Shown piece after piece: positions 55,866 through 64,000 of a stretch of DNA of 64,000 nt. How positions within the stretch are numbered: position 1 is the first letter of the stretch; every line of letters starts with the position of its first letter. Location of the stretch: the IMG/VR virus record IMGVR_UViG_3300047319_001872, positions 1 to 64,000 of that record; one strand, 5' to 3'. The position numbers were made by a program, and so were the translations under genes. The notes below the pieces were generated by a model. It did no database searches. It was not told where the DNA came from and worked only from the letters and a program-made list of their open reading frames with translations.

Positions 55866-56315
55866 ACGCTGTAATCCTTTCTTTTCTATTCGTACCGAAT
55901 CAGAGTGTTTCGGGCTCGTCAGAGTATCCCTCGGGGGAATATATTGTTTCTTGCGTGTCCGAGACGCCCTCGCCTGATTCAGTAGGTAAGGTTGTCCATG
56001 GTGCAGGTCTAAGTAGTCCTGCTCGACCTCTTTCGTCACCTCGACTGGGAGGTTGATGTAGTAGAAATCAAAGGTTCGCTTACCTTCTTTAAACGCACGT
56101 TGCAAACCCTTGTTTTCGGCTACACCCCGTTTAAGCGCACGTAAGTGTTTAATCCGACCTCGGTACAAGTGCTTGGTTTGTCCGAAGAAGACTTCATCGG
56201 TCTGGGGAAAATGAATCGCATAAACGCCAGGTAAAGGAATGCGTTTGCGCAAATCCCCGTGGACATAAAGCGACAGATTGGTCTGAAGCCAATCTCGGAT
56301 CGTAGATGGTGTCAT
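55866..56315 (-). CDS. GIY-YIG endonuclease domain in frame with RNase HI (no intervening stop)
   Basis: GVYAIHF...FFGQT...R..HL..LK.G..EN..LQRAF...E motif; AT-richer codons; continuous ORF 54225..56510. Confidence 0.72.
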
Positions 56316-56373
56316 GGAACTGCAGGGCAGGCATGTCGCAAAACATGAACCTACCCTGTCAAAATAACTTTTT

Positions 56374-56847
56374 TTACTGCTGATGGAGCATGAACCAGCG
56401 TTTGCACTCAGCCGCGTATTGTCGCCGCTGACGCTCGCTCTGGTCCCGCACCCGCGTGGCATACTGGTGCATCTGATCGATGTGATCATTGAGCAGCTGG
56501 ATGAGCGCATCCTTATCCTTGGGGCTCAATTGCTTGAGCTGGTCCACTGGCACGGATGGAGGCTGCGGCACCGGCACCAGTTTGATATAAGGACACAGCA
56601 CATTACCCGCTTCGTCGCGTGTCGCAATGACGATCTCAGTGGTCGAAGCCGGTTGTTCGACAGGCACCTCACTTGCAGCTTGATCGTCACTGCCAAACAG
56701 GAAAGAGAAGAAGCCCTTATCCTGCTTCTTCGGTTGCTCGCGCTGCTCTTGCCGACCTCGTGGCCCGTGGGGAGGCTCGTAGGTGTTAAAACTATTGCAC
56801 CCCGTGAGGCCAATGGCCAGCACTATTGCGTATTTTAGCGATTTCAT
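56374..56847 (-). CDS. lipoprotein, candidate o-spanin
   Basis: Signal peptide with lipobox LTG-C; Pro-rich segment. Confidence 0.65.
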   Translation of the reverse strand: MKSLKYAIVLAIGLTGCNSFNTYEPPHGPRGRQEQREQPKKQDKGFFSFLFGSDDQAASEVPVEQPASTTEIVIATRDEAGNVLCPYIKLVPVPQPPSVPVDQLKQLSPKDKDALIQLLNDHIDQMHQYATRVRDQSERQRRQYAAECKRWFMLHQQ

Positions 56848-56851
56848 GAGT

Positions 56852-57313
56852 CTACCTGCTCTTATAACCGCCAGCCCGCTCGCGCGCCTGGATTTGATTA
56901 AAACGCGCCACGGTGGCGTCGTAACTGGACCACTGCTGTACCGTAGCCTCCGGCACTACAGGTGCACTGGCAGGCGACCGGGCGGACGCAGGCAGCGCAT
57001 CTGTAATCTTCTCCGGCTGCACCATCGACGTGTACTTCTTCACAGGCGGCGGTGCAGGCGGGGTGTCGACCTTCGGATGTTCGTCGGCACTCGTCTTTAA
57101 ATCATCATACTTGTGCTTGAGCTCCACGTAGTCGGTGGAAATCCGCACAATGTTAGGGACCAACCATAAGTTCATCACGACTGAACCGATGATGGCTATC
57201 ATCAGAAAGACGCGTCCTTTGTTGGTCTTCAGTGCCTCGCTCAGTGTTTTCTTTCCGAGGAAGAGCTCCTTCAGAAACGGCCACAAGAGAGTGAAAGTTT
57301 TCCATGCCAGCAT
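56852..57313 (-). CDS. inner-membrane protein, candidate i-spanin
   Basis: Single TM (VFLMIAIIGSVVMNLWLV) followed by a helical, Pro-rich region; directly upstream of the lipoprotein. Confidence 0.55.
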   Translation of the reverse strand: MLAWKTFTLLWPFLKELFLGKKTLSEALKTNKGRVFLMIAIIGSVVMNLWLVPNIVRISTDYVELKHKYDDLKTSADEHPKVDTPPAPPPVKKYTSMVQPEKITDALPASARSPASAPVVPEATVQQWSSYDATVARFNQIQARERAGGYKSR

Positions 57314-57424
57314 GATAGCCCCTATTGCTTCATTTTATGCTTAGTCTTATTCTAATGGATTTCAAGACACTTGGTCCATCCCCTGGTGTCCACGACCTGT
57401 TGAAGAACAGCTGGAGATTACTCG

Positions 57425-58732
57425 ATGTACACACTTAAAGGTTTTGCGAGCCACGCCCTGTTCGCAAACAACACGCCGGGTCAAGTCAACGCCGTCGGGG
57501 AACTCTCCACGGTGTCGCGGACTTACTCGCGCGAAATCGGCCTCTACACCGACGCAGCGGGTTCGCCGAACGTCACGCTCTGGTCGTTCTTGAGCGCAAC
57601 CGACGGGACAGCCCAAGTTGTCGATGCAGACCTCGCCAAGCGCGTGCTCACGATCTGCGCCTGGTTCTACAACCAGACCATTAACAATGCTGGCCAACAA
57701 TACGCGGACGTCTTGCTCGAAGGCGCCCTCATGCAGTTTGCTGCTACCGCTAACACCTTCGCCTCCGGGGCAATGGTCACCGACGGGACGCGCTGGTTGC
57801 CTGAATGGGTCAGCTGGACCGACGTGGCCAATCCCGGTTCGTTTATCCGCATCTGGTTTGCCGATGCGAGCTTCCAGAACGAATACGACGAATCGGCTTT
57901 CGTCATCGTCCCGCCGATCACGCCGCTCGACGACTTTTTCAAAGCCGCCACGCAAGTGCAAGCGGAAGTCAGCGCGGTCACCAAACCGCAGCTGTTCCTG
58001 AACATCCAGGCAGCCAAGGCGAACAATCCGGAAACCGACATCATCGTCATGTCTTACGACTGGCATGATCCGGCTGGTACCGGTACGCTCATCTCGACGG
58101 ACTGGACGCTGATTCTGTACGGCATGGCGGGTGACAATGTCGACTCGATCAGCGATGCACTGGAAGCCTACATTCTGGCGAACAGCGCGCATACGCGGGC
58201 CGAATGGGTCGCGGTGTTCCCGGACATCTTCAAGCGCACCGAGTTTGTACTGGTGCCGCGGTGGAACAAAATGGCGATCCCTGATCGCGCCACGGGTCAA
58301 GCGGGCATATACTCTCCGATTACGAATCTGACGGATGCGCTCGCGCTGCTCCCCCAGTTCGCTAGTTATCCAAGTGCTCATATCAATGCGCACGGCACGG
58401 TGATGGGGCATCCGTACAAGTCGCTGGCCATCGCCATGATTGGCTCGGACCAGAATCGCGATAACCTGTACGAGCTCTCGGACGTGTTCCCGGATCTCAT
58501 CTCGGTGAGCTCGACCTCGACGGACTTCGCGCGCATGAGCCAGGGCACGCAAGCCTTCTTGTCGGCCTTGGCCACGATGCTGCTGGTGGCGGAATCGATG
58601 ACGCAATATTCCAGCATTCCGCTGGGCTACACGAAGTTGATCCGTAACAACATTCTGTACCTCGTGTACAACTACCAGACGATCGACTACCTCGTCGCTG
58701 CCAAGTCGAACCCGCAGTTCGCCTCGTCGTAA
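57425..58732 (+). CDS. virion structural protein (phiKZ-like head protein family)
   Basis: GGAG SD; N-terminal GQVNAVGELST.S.TYSRE pattern recalled from phiKZ-like structural proteins. Confidence 0.72.
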   Translation: MYTLKGFASHALFANNTPGQVNAVGELSTVSRTYSREIGLYTDAAGSPNVTLWSFLSATDGTAQVVDADLAKRVLTICAWFYNQTINNAGQQYADVLLEGALMQFAATANTFASGAMVTDGTRWLPEWVSWTDVANPGSFIRIWFADASFQNEYDESAFVIVPPITPLDDFFKAATQVQAEVSAVTKPQLFLNIQAAKANNPETDIIVMSYDWHDPAGTGTLISTDWTLILYGMAGDNVDSISDALEAYILANSAHTRAEWVAVFPDIFKRTEFVLVPRWNKMAIPDRATGQAGIYSPITNLTDALALLPQFASYPSAHINAHGTVMGHPYKSLAIAMIGSDQNRDNLYELSDVFPDLISVSSTSTDFARMSQGTQAFLSALATMLLVAESMTQYSSIPLGYTKLIRNNILYLVYNYQTIDYLVAAKSNPQFASS

Positions 58733-58744
58733 TAGGAGCGCCGC

Positions 58745-60022
58745 ATGGCTGTTATCACTACCAACCTGATTCCGGAGCTGGGGGCGGCCGGAGTCTTTAC
58801 GCTCACCTCGCCATTTAACAACGCATTGATGGCGAATGCGTCGTACACCTGTATTTCGATCCGACTGCTTGAGGACATCATCGCGGCGGGTGGCGACCCT
58901 TACACCAAGTATTACCAGCCGCGCGAACAAACCTCGGGTGACCTGCAGGCCCAGTACCAGGCGGACCTCGGCAACGGGGTGTGCATCATCACGCTGCAGC
59001 AGTCGTCTGGCGCGGTCGCTTACGTGCCGTCGAGCTTTGTGGCCAGCTATCCCTCCAAGGGCGGTGTCCCCTACACCAACCTGATGATGGCGGTGGACCT
59101 GGGTGCGATGCCGAATTACGTGGACCTCACGTTCTTAAAGCAACAGATCGCCAATTTGGTGAAGACGACCGTGGGACTGACGAGCGTGTTGATTCAGACG
59201 GTGGTGGTGTCGCCGACGACCAATCTCTCGGCGTCCGACCATGCCCGTGCCGAAGCAGCCCGGCAGGCTAACATCACCAATACCAACACGCCCGAGTCGC
59301 AGGTGATTGCGCTCACTAAACAACTCCAGACGCTGCAAGGGCAGTACGCCAATCTGGAAGCATTTGTGAATGCTAACATCGGTAAGCTCACGGGTGGCAC
59401 GCAACCGACCGACCCGGTAGATCAGTTGGATGCGGCGTTGATTCCGCCAGGCATCACGCTGAGCAACACTAACCTGACGGCGACCAGCACAGTTACCGGC
59501 TGGCAATCAGCGCGTGGTACCGCTGGCCATCAAGCAGGCAAGTTCTACGCGGAAGCCACGATCAACACGCTGGCTGGGGCAGTCGGCTTTGGCATCTGTA
59601 ACGCCAGTCAGCTTAATAACAAGCAGCTTGGCACCGACACCAACGGCATGATGATCTTCACCGAGGCCGATGGTCAAACCGCGGGGATCTTCTACAACGG
59701 TGGCAACGCCCAGACGATCGGCACCACTCCGAAACAGGGTGACGTGGTAGGGATTGCGATTGACCTGAACGCGAAGCTCGGCTGGTTCTACAACCCGCAG
59801 ACGCAGCAGTGGAATGGTGACGTGATTGCCAACCAGAATCCGGCCACGGGTCTCGGGGGTCTGCCGCTGGCGGCGATTGCCGTACCGGGCGGTGCTGCGG
59901 GACTGGTCTACCTCGGCGTGTCACTGGATGCCAACACGGATGCAGTGACGATCAACGCAGGCGCGACCAACTTCGTGCACACAGCACCCACTGGCTTTAA
60001 CAAGTGGAATACCGCAGGCTGA
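58745..60022 (+). CDS. virion protein with a C-terminal SPRY/B30.2 (ConA-like) domain
   Basis: LSNTNLTAT...GKFYAE...GDVVGIAIDLNAKLGWFY SPRY motifs at about 59450-60019; coiled-coil linker. Confidence 0.75.
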   Translation: MAVITTNLIPELGAAGVFTLTSPFNNALMANASYTCISIRLLEDIIAAGGDPYTKYYQPREQTSGDLQAQYQADLGNGVCIITLQQSSGAVAYVPSSFVASYPSKGGVPYTNLMMAVDLGAMPNYVDLTFLKQQIANLVKTTVGLTSVLIQTVVVSPTTNLSASDHARAEAARQANITNTNTPESQVIALTKQLQTLQGQYANLEAFVNANIGKLTGGTQPTDPVDQLDAALIPPGITLSNTNLTATSTVTGWQSARGTAGHQAGKFYAEATINTLAGAVGFGICNASQLNNKQLGTDTNGMMIFTEADGQTAGIFYNGGNAQTIGTTPKQGDVVGIAIDLNAKLGWFYNPQTQQWNGDVIANQNPATGLGGLPLAAIAVPGGAAGLVYLGVSLDANTDAVTINAGATNFVHTAPTGFNKWNTAG

Positions 60023-60030
60023 AGCAACAA

Positions 60031-60066
60031 CGGCATAGAGGGAGGCTTCGGCCTCCCCTTATGTCC
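60031..60066. terminator. bidirectional hairpin element at a convergent junction
   Basis: CGGCATA...GGGAGGC-TTCG-GCCTCCC...TATGTCC. Confidence 0.72.
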
Positions 60067-60074
60067 CTACTTTT

Positions 60075-61091
60075 TTAGTTGTACTTCAGGTTCGGGGCCA
60101 AGATCGATTCGGTCGCCTCGATCGTGACTGCCGTCATGTTGCCCTTGACGTCCAGATCGCCCAACAGCTCAGCCTCGCCCTTGATGCTGATCTTACCCGT
60201 GCCCGACGAGCCCGGCGCAGTCGTCAAGTCACCGTTCAGGCCGATGTTACCGTTATGGATCGTATCACCGTTGTGGGTGGTTTCTGCCGTGACAGTTTCG
60301 GTAGTGGCTTTAACCGTGCGCGTCTCGGTGATTTCACTGGTGCTGTTCGAGGCATTGACCGACCAGTCCTTGGTGGTCCAGCTAATCGAATCGTCGGCAT
60401 GTCCGGTGATGGCTTTCTTGGTCATGTCAAAAAACGACCCATCCGCATTCTCGATGTGCCACTGATGTTGCTGTGAATCCAGGAACATTCCGTTCCCGAT
60501 GTCATCCTCGAGCTGCACCTTGCCGTTACCCGTATCGAACTGGAATGAATAGGCGTAAGGTTCGCCATTGGCCTTGGTGGTGATCAGCGTGATGGACTTC
60601 TTGTGCGAACTGAATTCCACATAGTACGTGTTGGTCTGGTCCGGGCTCGCACCTTCGGCCGCCGTCGCGCTAATGCCAAACACCACCGTCTCGAGCTTAC
60701 GGTAGTTCAGGTCATTGCGCATCGTGTTCCAGTAATACTTGTCGGTGTCACCGTACCGGTAGATGATCACCTGTTCGCCGCGCCGTACATCGGGTGCCGT
60801 CAGCCGGTTCGCTTGACCCACGGGCAGCCAGGTGGCCCTGATGGTCCCCGAGGACGTCATGTTGGTCTGGTACTGTTGACCCGTCAAGTCGGTGCCCTGG
60901 GTGAGGACCTGGTTGGCATTGGTGGAGAGCTCCCCGTCCACCATCGGCGTATCCTCAATCGGCGTAATTTCCAGATCGAAGGAATTCAGGGCTTTGTTCT
61001 CGGCAGCATGGCCCAGTGAGTACACGTGGAACTTACTGACGGTCCCCTGCGGGCTCTCGTGACCCGCTAGTTGGGCGGCAAGGTGGTCCAT
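60075..61091 (-). CDS. baseplate central spike (gp5/VgrG-like, phiKZ-type)
   Basis: OB-like N-terminal RLTAPDVRRGEQV motif; C-terminal beta-helix repeats (HNGDTIHNGNIG); start moved to the ATG at 61091. Confidence 0.75.
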   Translation of the reverse strand: MDHLAAQLAGHESPQGTVSKFHVYSLGHAAENKALNSFDLEITPIEDTPMVDGELSTNANQVLTQGTDLTGQQYQTNMTSSGTIRATWLPVGQANRLTAPDVRRGEQVIIYRYGDTDKYYWNTMRNDLNYRKLETVVFGISATAAEGASPDQTNTYYVEFSSHKKSITLITTKANGEPYAYSFQFDTGNGKVQLEDDIGNGMFLDSQQHQWHIENADGSFFDMTKKAITGHADDSISWTTKDWSVNASNSTSEITETRTVKATTETVTAETTHNGDTIHNGNIGLNGDLTTAPGSSGTGKISIKGEAELLGDLDVKGNMTAVTIEATESILAPNLKYN

Positions 61092-61169
61092 TTTCTTGAG
61101 TCCTGTTAAAAAACACACAGCTCAACCATCGTCTGACGACAGAATCAGGCTGTGCAATAGAAGGCTTAC

Positions 61170-63656
61170 ATGCTCATTAACTCATTAGAGCTGGTCGGAT
61201 ATAAGCGGATCGCGCTCAATGGGCACACCCGCTTTATGATCCGTCCGGCTGAACGCATTCAACTCATTCTCGGCACCAACGGCTCTGGCAAATCCTCCTT
61301 GGTAAAGGAATTGACCCCGTTGCCTGCTGAGCCCAAGGAATACAGTAAAGATGGCTCTAAAACCATAACGATTACTCACCGTGGTAACACGTTTGTGCTC
61401 AAGAGCTGGTTCTCGGAAGGCAATAAGCACAGCTTCCTGAAGAACGGCCAGGAACTCAATGACGGCCACACCATCACTGTGCAGCGCAAGCTGGTGATGA
61501 CGGAGTTCGGTGTCAATGACGACATCCATGAGCTGCTGCGCAATGCGGTCCGTTTCCACACGATGGGACCGACGGATCGCCGCAAGTGGTTTACGATGCT
61601 CTCGGACGTGGACTACACCTACGCCATTGGTTTATTCATGCGACTGAAGGAAGCCGCTACGGTGACTTCCGGTGCGTTGAAGATGGCCAAGAACAAGCTG
61701 GTGGCGGAAACCAGCAAGATCGTTACCGAGGAAGAGGAGCGCAAGCTCAGTCAGGAAGTCGAAACCCTGATCGCGGAGATTGAGCGACTGCAGCGCCAGC
61801 GCGCCCCGCTTCCGCGACCCGTGTCGTCGTTTATGACGGAGCAGGAAGAGATTTTGTCCGAGCTCTACACCATCTCGGATAACCTGCTGCGCCACCGTGC
61901 CTCCTTCTTTGGTTGGAAAGGGTACGACTCGGTTGAACAGATTACCGAGGACATCGATGCGACCAAGCAAGAGATCGCCGCGACCGAAGCGCTCCTGAAT
62001 AAAGCGGTGGAAGAACACGGCAAGCTGAAGGAAAAGCAGGACTTGCTCAAGAAGACGGGGGCGCAAGGTGTCGATGCGCTGCTGCGTCGTCTGCACCTCG
62101 CTCAGGAAACCCGCAACAAGGTCCTCTCAGGCCGCGTGCTGGGCTTGGAAGGCTTCAGTGCTACCCAGGCAGCGGGAGCACTCGAATCGGTCTACGGGGT
62201 GCTCTTTGCGTGCTTCTCGGAGATCCCTTCGAATGAGGATCGGCGCTTCAGTCAGACCAAGAATAACGAGAACCGTCAAAAGGTGCTCGAGCGACGTGAC
62301 CTGATCCTGCAAAAGGAAAAGGAGATTGCGCACTTCGCTGGTAAGAAGCAGCACATGGAGTCGCATAAGCAAGCCGGGAACATCGAGTGTCCGAAGTGTC
62401 ATCACCTGTGGGTGATGGGCTATGATGCCGAAGTGATCCAGAAGTACGAGGCGGCGATTGAATCACGTGGCGAAGAGATCACCAAGCTGAAGGCCGAGAT
62501 CAAGGCACTCGAAGAGGAGATGGAGGCGTTTCAGACCTACCTCAATCTCTACATGGACTTTAACCGCTGCGTGAAGAACTGGCCTGCACTGCAACCGTTC
62601 TGGGATCACCTCTTACATCACGAGATGGTCATCAAGACGCCCCGCGTGGCCCTCATGCAACTCGATCTGCTTAAACAGGATCTGGTGCAAGAGCTCGCCG
62701 CTGAGCGACAGGAACGGGAAATCGCTGACATCAAGGAACTCATCAAACAGGCTGAACAGCTCGGTGATGCGAACCTGAATGAGGTGACGGAGTCGTTGGT
62801 CAAGGTAACGGGTACGGTCGAAGAGCTGACGGGTAAGCTGAACCGACTCAATAAGCACTTGCAGCAAACGATGGCCTACCGTCGCCAGATGTCGGACGTG
62901 CAGGCCACTGGTCAGCGTTTGGAGCAGATGATCGGCCAAGCCGAAGAGGCCACCAAAGAACTGGTGGAGATGCTGCGGCGCGAAGCGATCCAAAATGCGA
63001 TCAATGCTTTGCAACTGTCGCTCGCCCACAAGAACTCGGCCTTGCAGGAGATGAAGCTCCAGAAGGGCATTATCGCTGAGCTGGAAAAGACGATTGCGCA
63101 GTATGCCTTGCGTGACGAAACCTTGAAGCTGATGGTCAAGGAGATGTCGCCCACGGATGGCTTGATTGCAGAAGGGCTGCTCGGCTTCATTCGGCGCTTT
63201 GTGCGCGAGATGAACCATCTCATCAAGAAGATTTGGGCCTATCCGCTGGAGATCCAGCCTTGTGGGGTGGCCACGGATCGTGGCGCAGAGCTCGACTATA
63301 AGTTCCCGCTGATGGTGCAGGACCGGGCGAACATTCGCGACGACGTCAAGAATGGCAGTAGCGGCATGCAGGAAGTCGTCGACCTCGCCTTTAAGGTGGT
63401 CGCCATGAAGTACCTGGGCTTGGGCGAAGCACCGCTCCTACTCGATGAGTTTGGCGCGAGCTTTGACCTGGAGCATCGCACCGCCGCATCGAGCTGTATT
63501 AAGAACCTGATGGATACACAGCACTTCTCGCAACTGTACATGATCTCGCACTACGAAAGTGGTTACGGATCGTTTACCAATGCGCAGACCTGTGTCTTGG
63601 ATGCCCGCAACATCACGGTACCGAGCGTGTACAATCAGCACGTCACTATGCAGTAA
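61170..63656 (+). CDS. sbcC: SbcC/Rad50-like SMC ATPase (phiKZ gp165-like)
   Basis: Walker A GTNGSGKS, zinc hook CPKC, signature SSGMQE, Walker B LLLDE; coiled coils. Confidence 0.9.
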   Translation: MLINSLELVGYKRIALNGHTRFMIRPAERIQLILGTNGSGKSSLVKELTPLPAEPKEYSKDGSKTITITHRGNTFVLKSWFSEGNKHSFLKNGQELNDGHTITVQRKLVMTEFGVNDDIHELLRNAVRFHTMGPTDRRKWFTMLSDVDYTYAIGLFMRLKEAATVTSGALKMAKNKLVAETSKIVTEEEERKLSQEVETLIAEIERLQRQRAPLPRPVSSFMTEQEEILSELYTISDNLLRHRASFFGWKGYDSVEQITEDIDATKQEIAATEALLNKAVEEHGKLKEKQDLLKKTGAQGVDALLRRLHLAQETRNKVLSGRVLGLEGFSATQAAGALESVYGVLFACFSEIPSNEDRRFSQTKNNENRQKVLERRDLILQKEKEIAHFAGKKQHMESHKQAGNIECPKCHHLWVMGYDAEVIQKYEAAIESRGEEITKLKAEIKALEEEMEAFQTYLNLYMDFNRCVKNWPALQPFWDHLLHHEMVIKTPRVALMQLDLLKQDLVQELAAERQEREIADIKELIKQAEQLGDANLNEVTESLVKVTGTVEELTGKLNRLNKHLQQTMAYRRQMSDVQATGQRLEQMIGQAEEATKELVEMLRREAIQNAINALQLSLAHKNSALQEMKLQKGIIAELEKTIAQYALRDETLKLMVKEMSPTDGLIAEGLLGFIRRFVREMNHLIKKIWAYPLEIQPCGVATDRGAELDYKFPLMVQDRANIRDDVKNGSSGMQEVVDLAFKVVAMKYLGLGEAPLLLDEFGASFDLEHRTAASSCIKNLMDTQHFSQLYMISHYESGYGSFTNAQTCVLDARNITVPSVYNQHVTMQ

Positions 63657-63679
63657 CTTAATGAGGAAAGAGAAGAAAC

Positions 63680-64000
63680 ATGAGCCAACAAGAGATCATC
63701 ATCCATCCCGAACAAGACGAGCTGTCGATGTCGCCGACCGAGCTACTGGAAAAGCGCCTGAACCGCGTGAACCTGGCGCTCTCGCAATTGCAGCAACTGC
63801 ACATGAACACCATCACCGACATGCAGAAGGACGTGGTGTTCTCGCTGCACGTGATCGAGGCCCTCAAGGGCTTCCTGCCCGGTGCTGTGGTGGACGACGC
63901 TGTCGCTGCGGCCACGGCCGCCACTGCTTCGGTGGGCGCATACCGGCAGCAGCCTGCAGCGGCCCACGCGAGTGCTCCGACACACGGTCCGACGCCCGTC
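63680..64000 (+). CDS. hypothetical protein, truncated by the window end (MSQQEIIIHPEQ...)
   Basis: Read manually: ATG at 63680 after a purine-rich SD; frame open to the end; strong GC3 bias. Confidence 0.7.
   Translation, partial: MSQQEIIIHPEQDELSMSPTELLEKRLNRVNLALSQLQQLHMNTITDMQKDVVFSLHVIEALKGFLPGAVVDDAVAAATAATASVGAYRQQPAAAHASAPTHGPTPV

Noticed and set aside
1-64000. Genome-wide stop-codon recoding (TGA or TAG) as an explanation for the HNH-terL and DHFR/DUF488 junctions
   Set aside because: Core genes are full length under the standard code, and both TGA and TAG end normal genes (e.g. 60022, 8506).
1-64000. CRISPR array, tRNA or rRNA genes
   Set aside because: No regularly spaced direct repeats or cloverleaf-like sequences were seen. 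The recurring hairpins are single, dispersed and have different stems.

Overview
A 64-kb segment of a GC-rich phiKZ-like jumbo phage (Chimalliviridae-type gene content and order; this assignment is from recognised protein motifs and synteny, with no database search). No host can be read from the sequence. The left ~5 kb is a leftward cluster of small unknown ORFs, followed by a ~550-bp hairpin-rich non-coding switch region. The conserved virion and morphogenesis core follows: head proteins, an HNH endonuclease, large terminase, three structural genes, tail sheath and tube, RNA ligase, prohead protease, four subunits of the split virion RNA polymerase (betaN, beta'N, beta'M, betaC), a ~2100-aa tail protein with a GH19 lysozyme domain, UvsX/RecA, RNase HI, a spanin-like pair, baseplate spike and SbcC ATPase. 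No tRNA, rRNA or CRISPR array was seen. The most unusual observations are: (1) a family of GC hairpins followed by TATG(C/A/T)C(G/C) instead of a U-tract, whose orientation tracks transcription direction; (2) a terminase whose conserved N-terminus has no ATG/GTG/TTG and sits in frame behind an HNH gene, one TGA away; (3) a GIY-YIG domain fused in frame to RNase HI; (4) a DHFR-like gene and a DUF488-like gene whose coding signal alternates between two frames around a 156-nt insert; (5) two tandem small membrane proteins sharing a D-x-N-x-P-W-x-E-[DE]-S motif.
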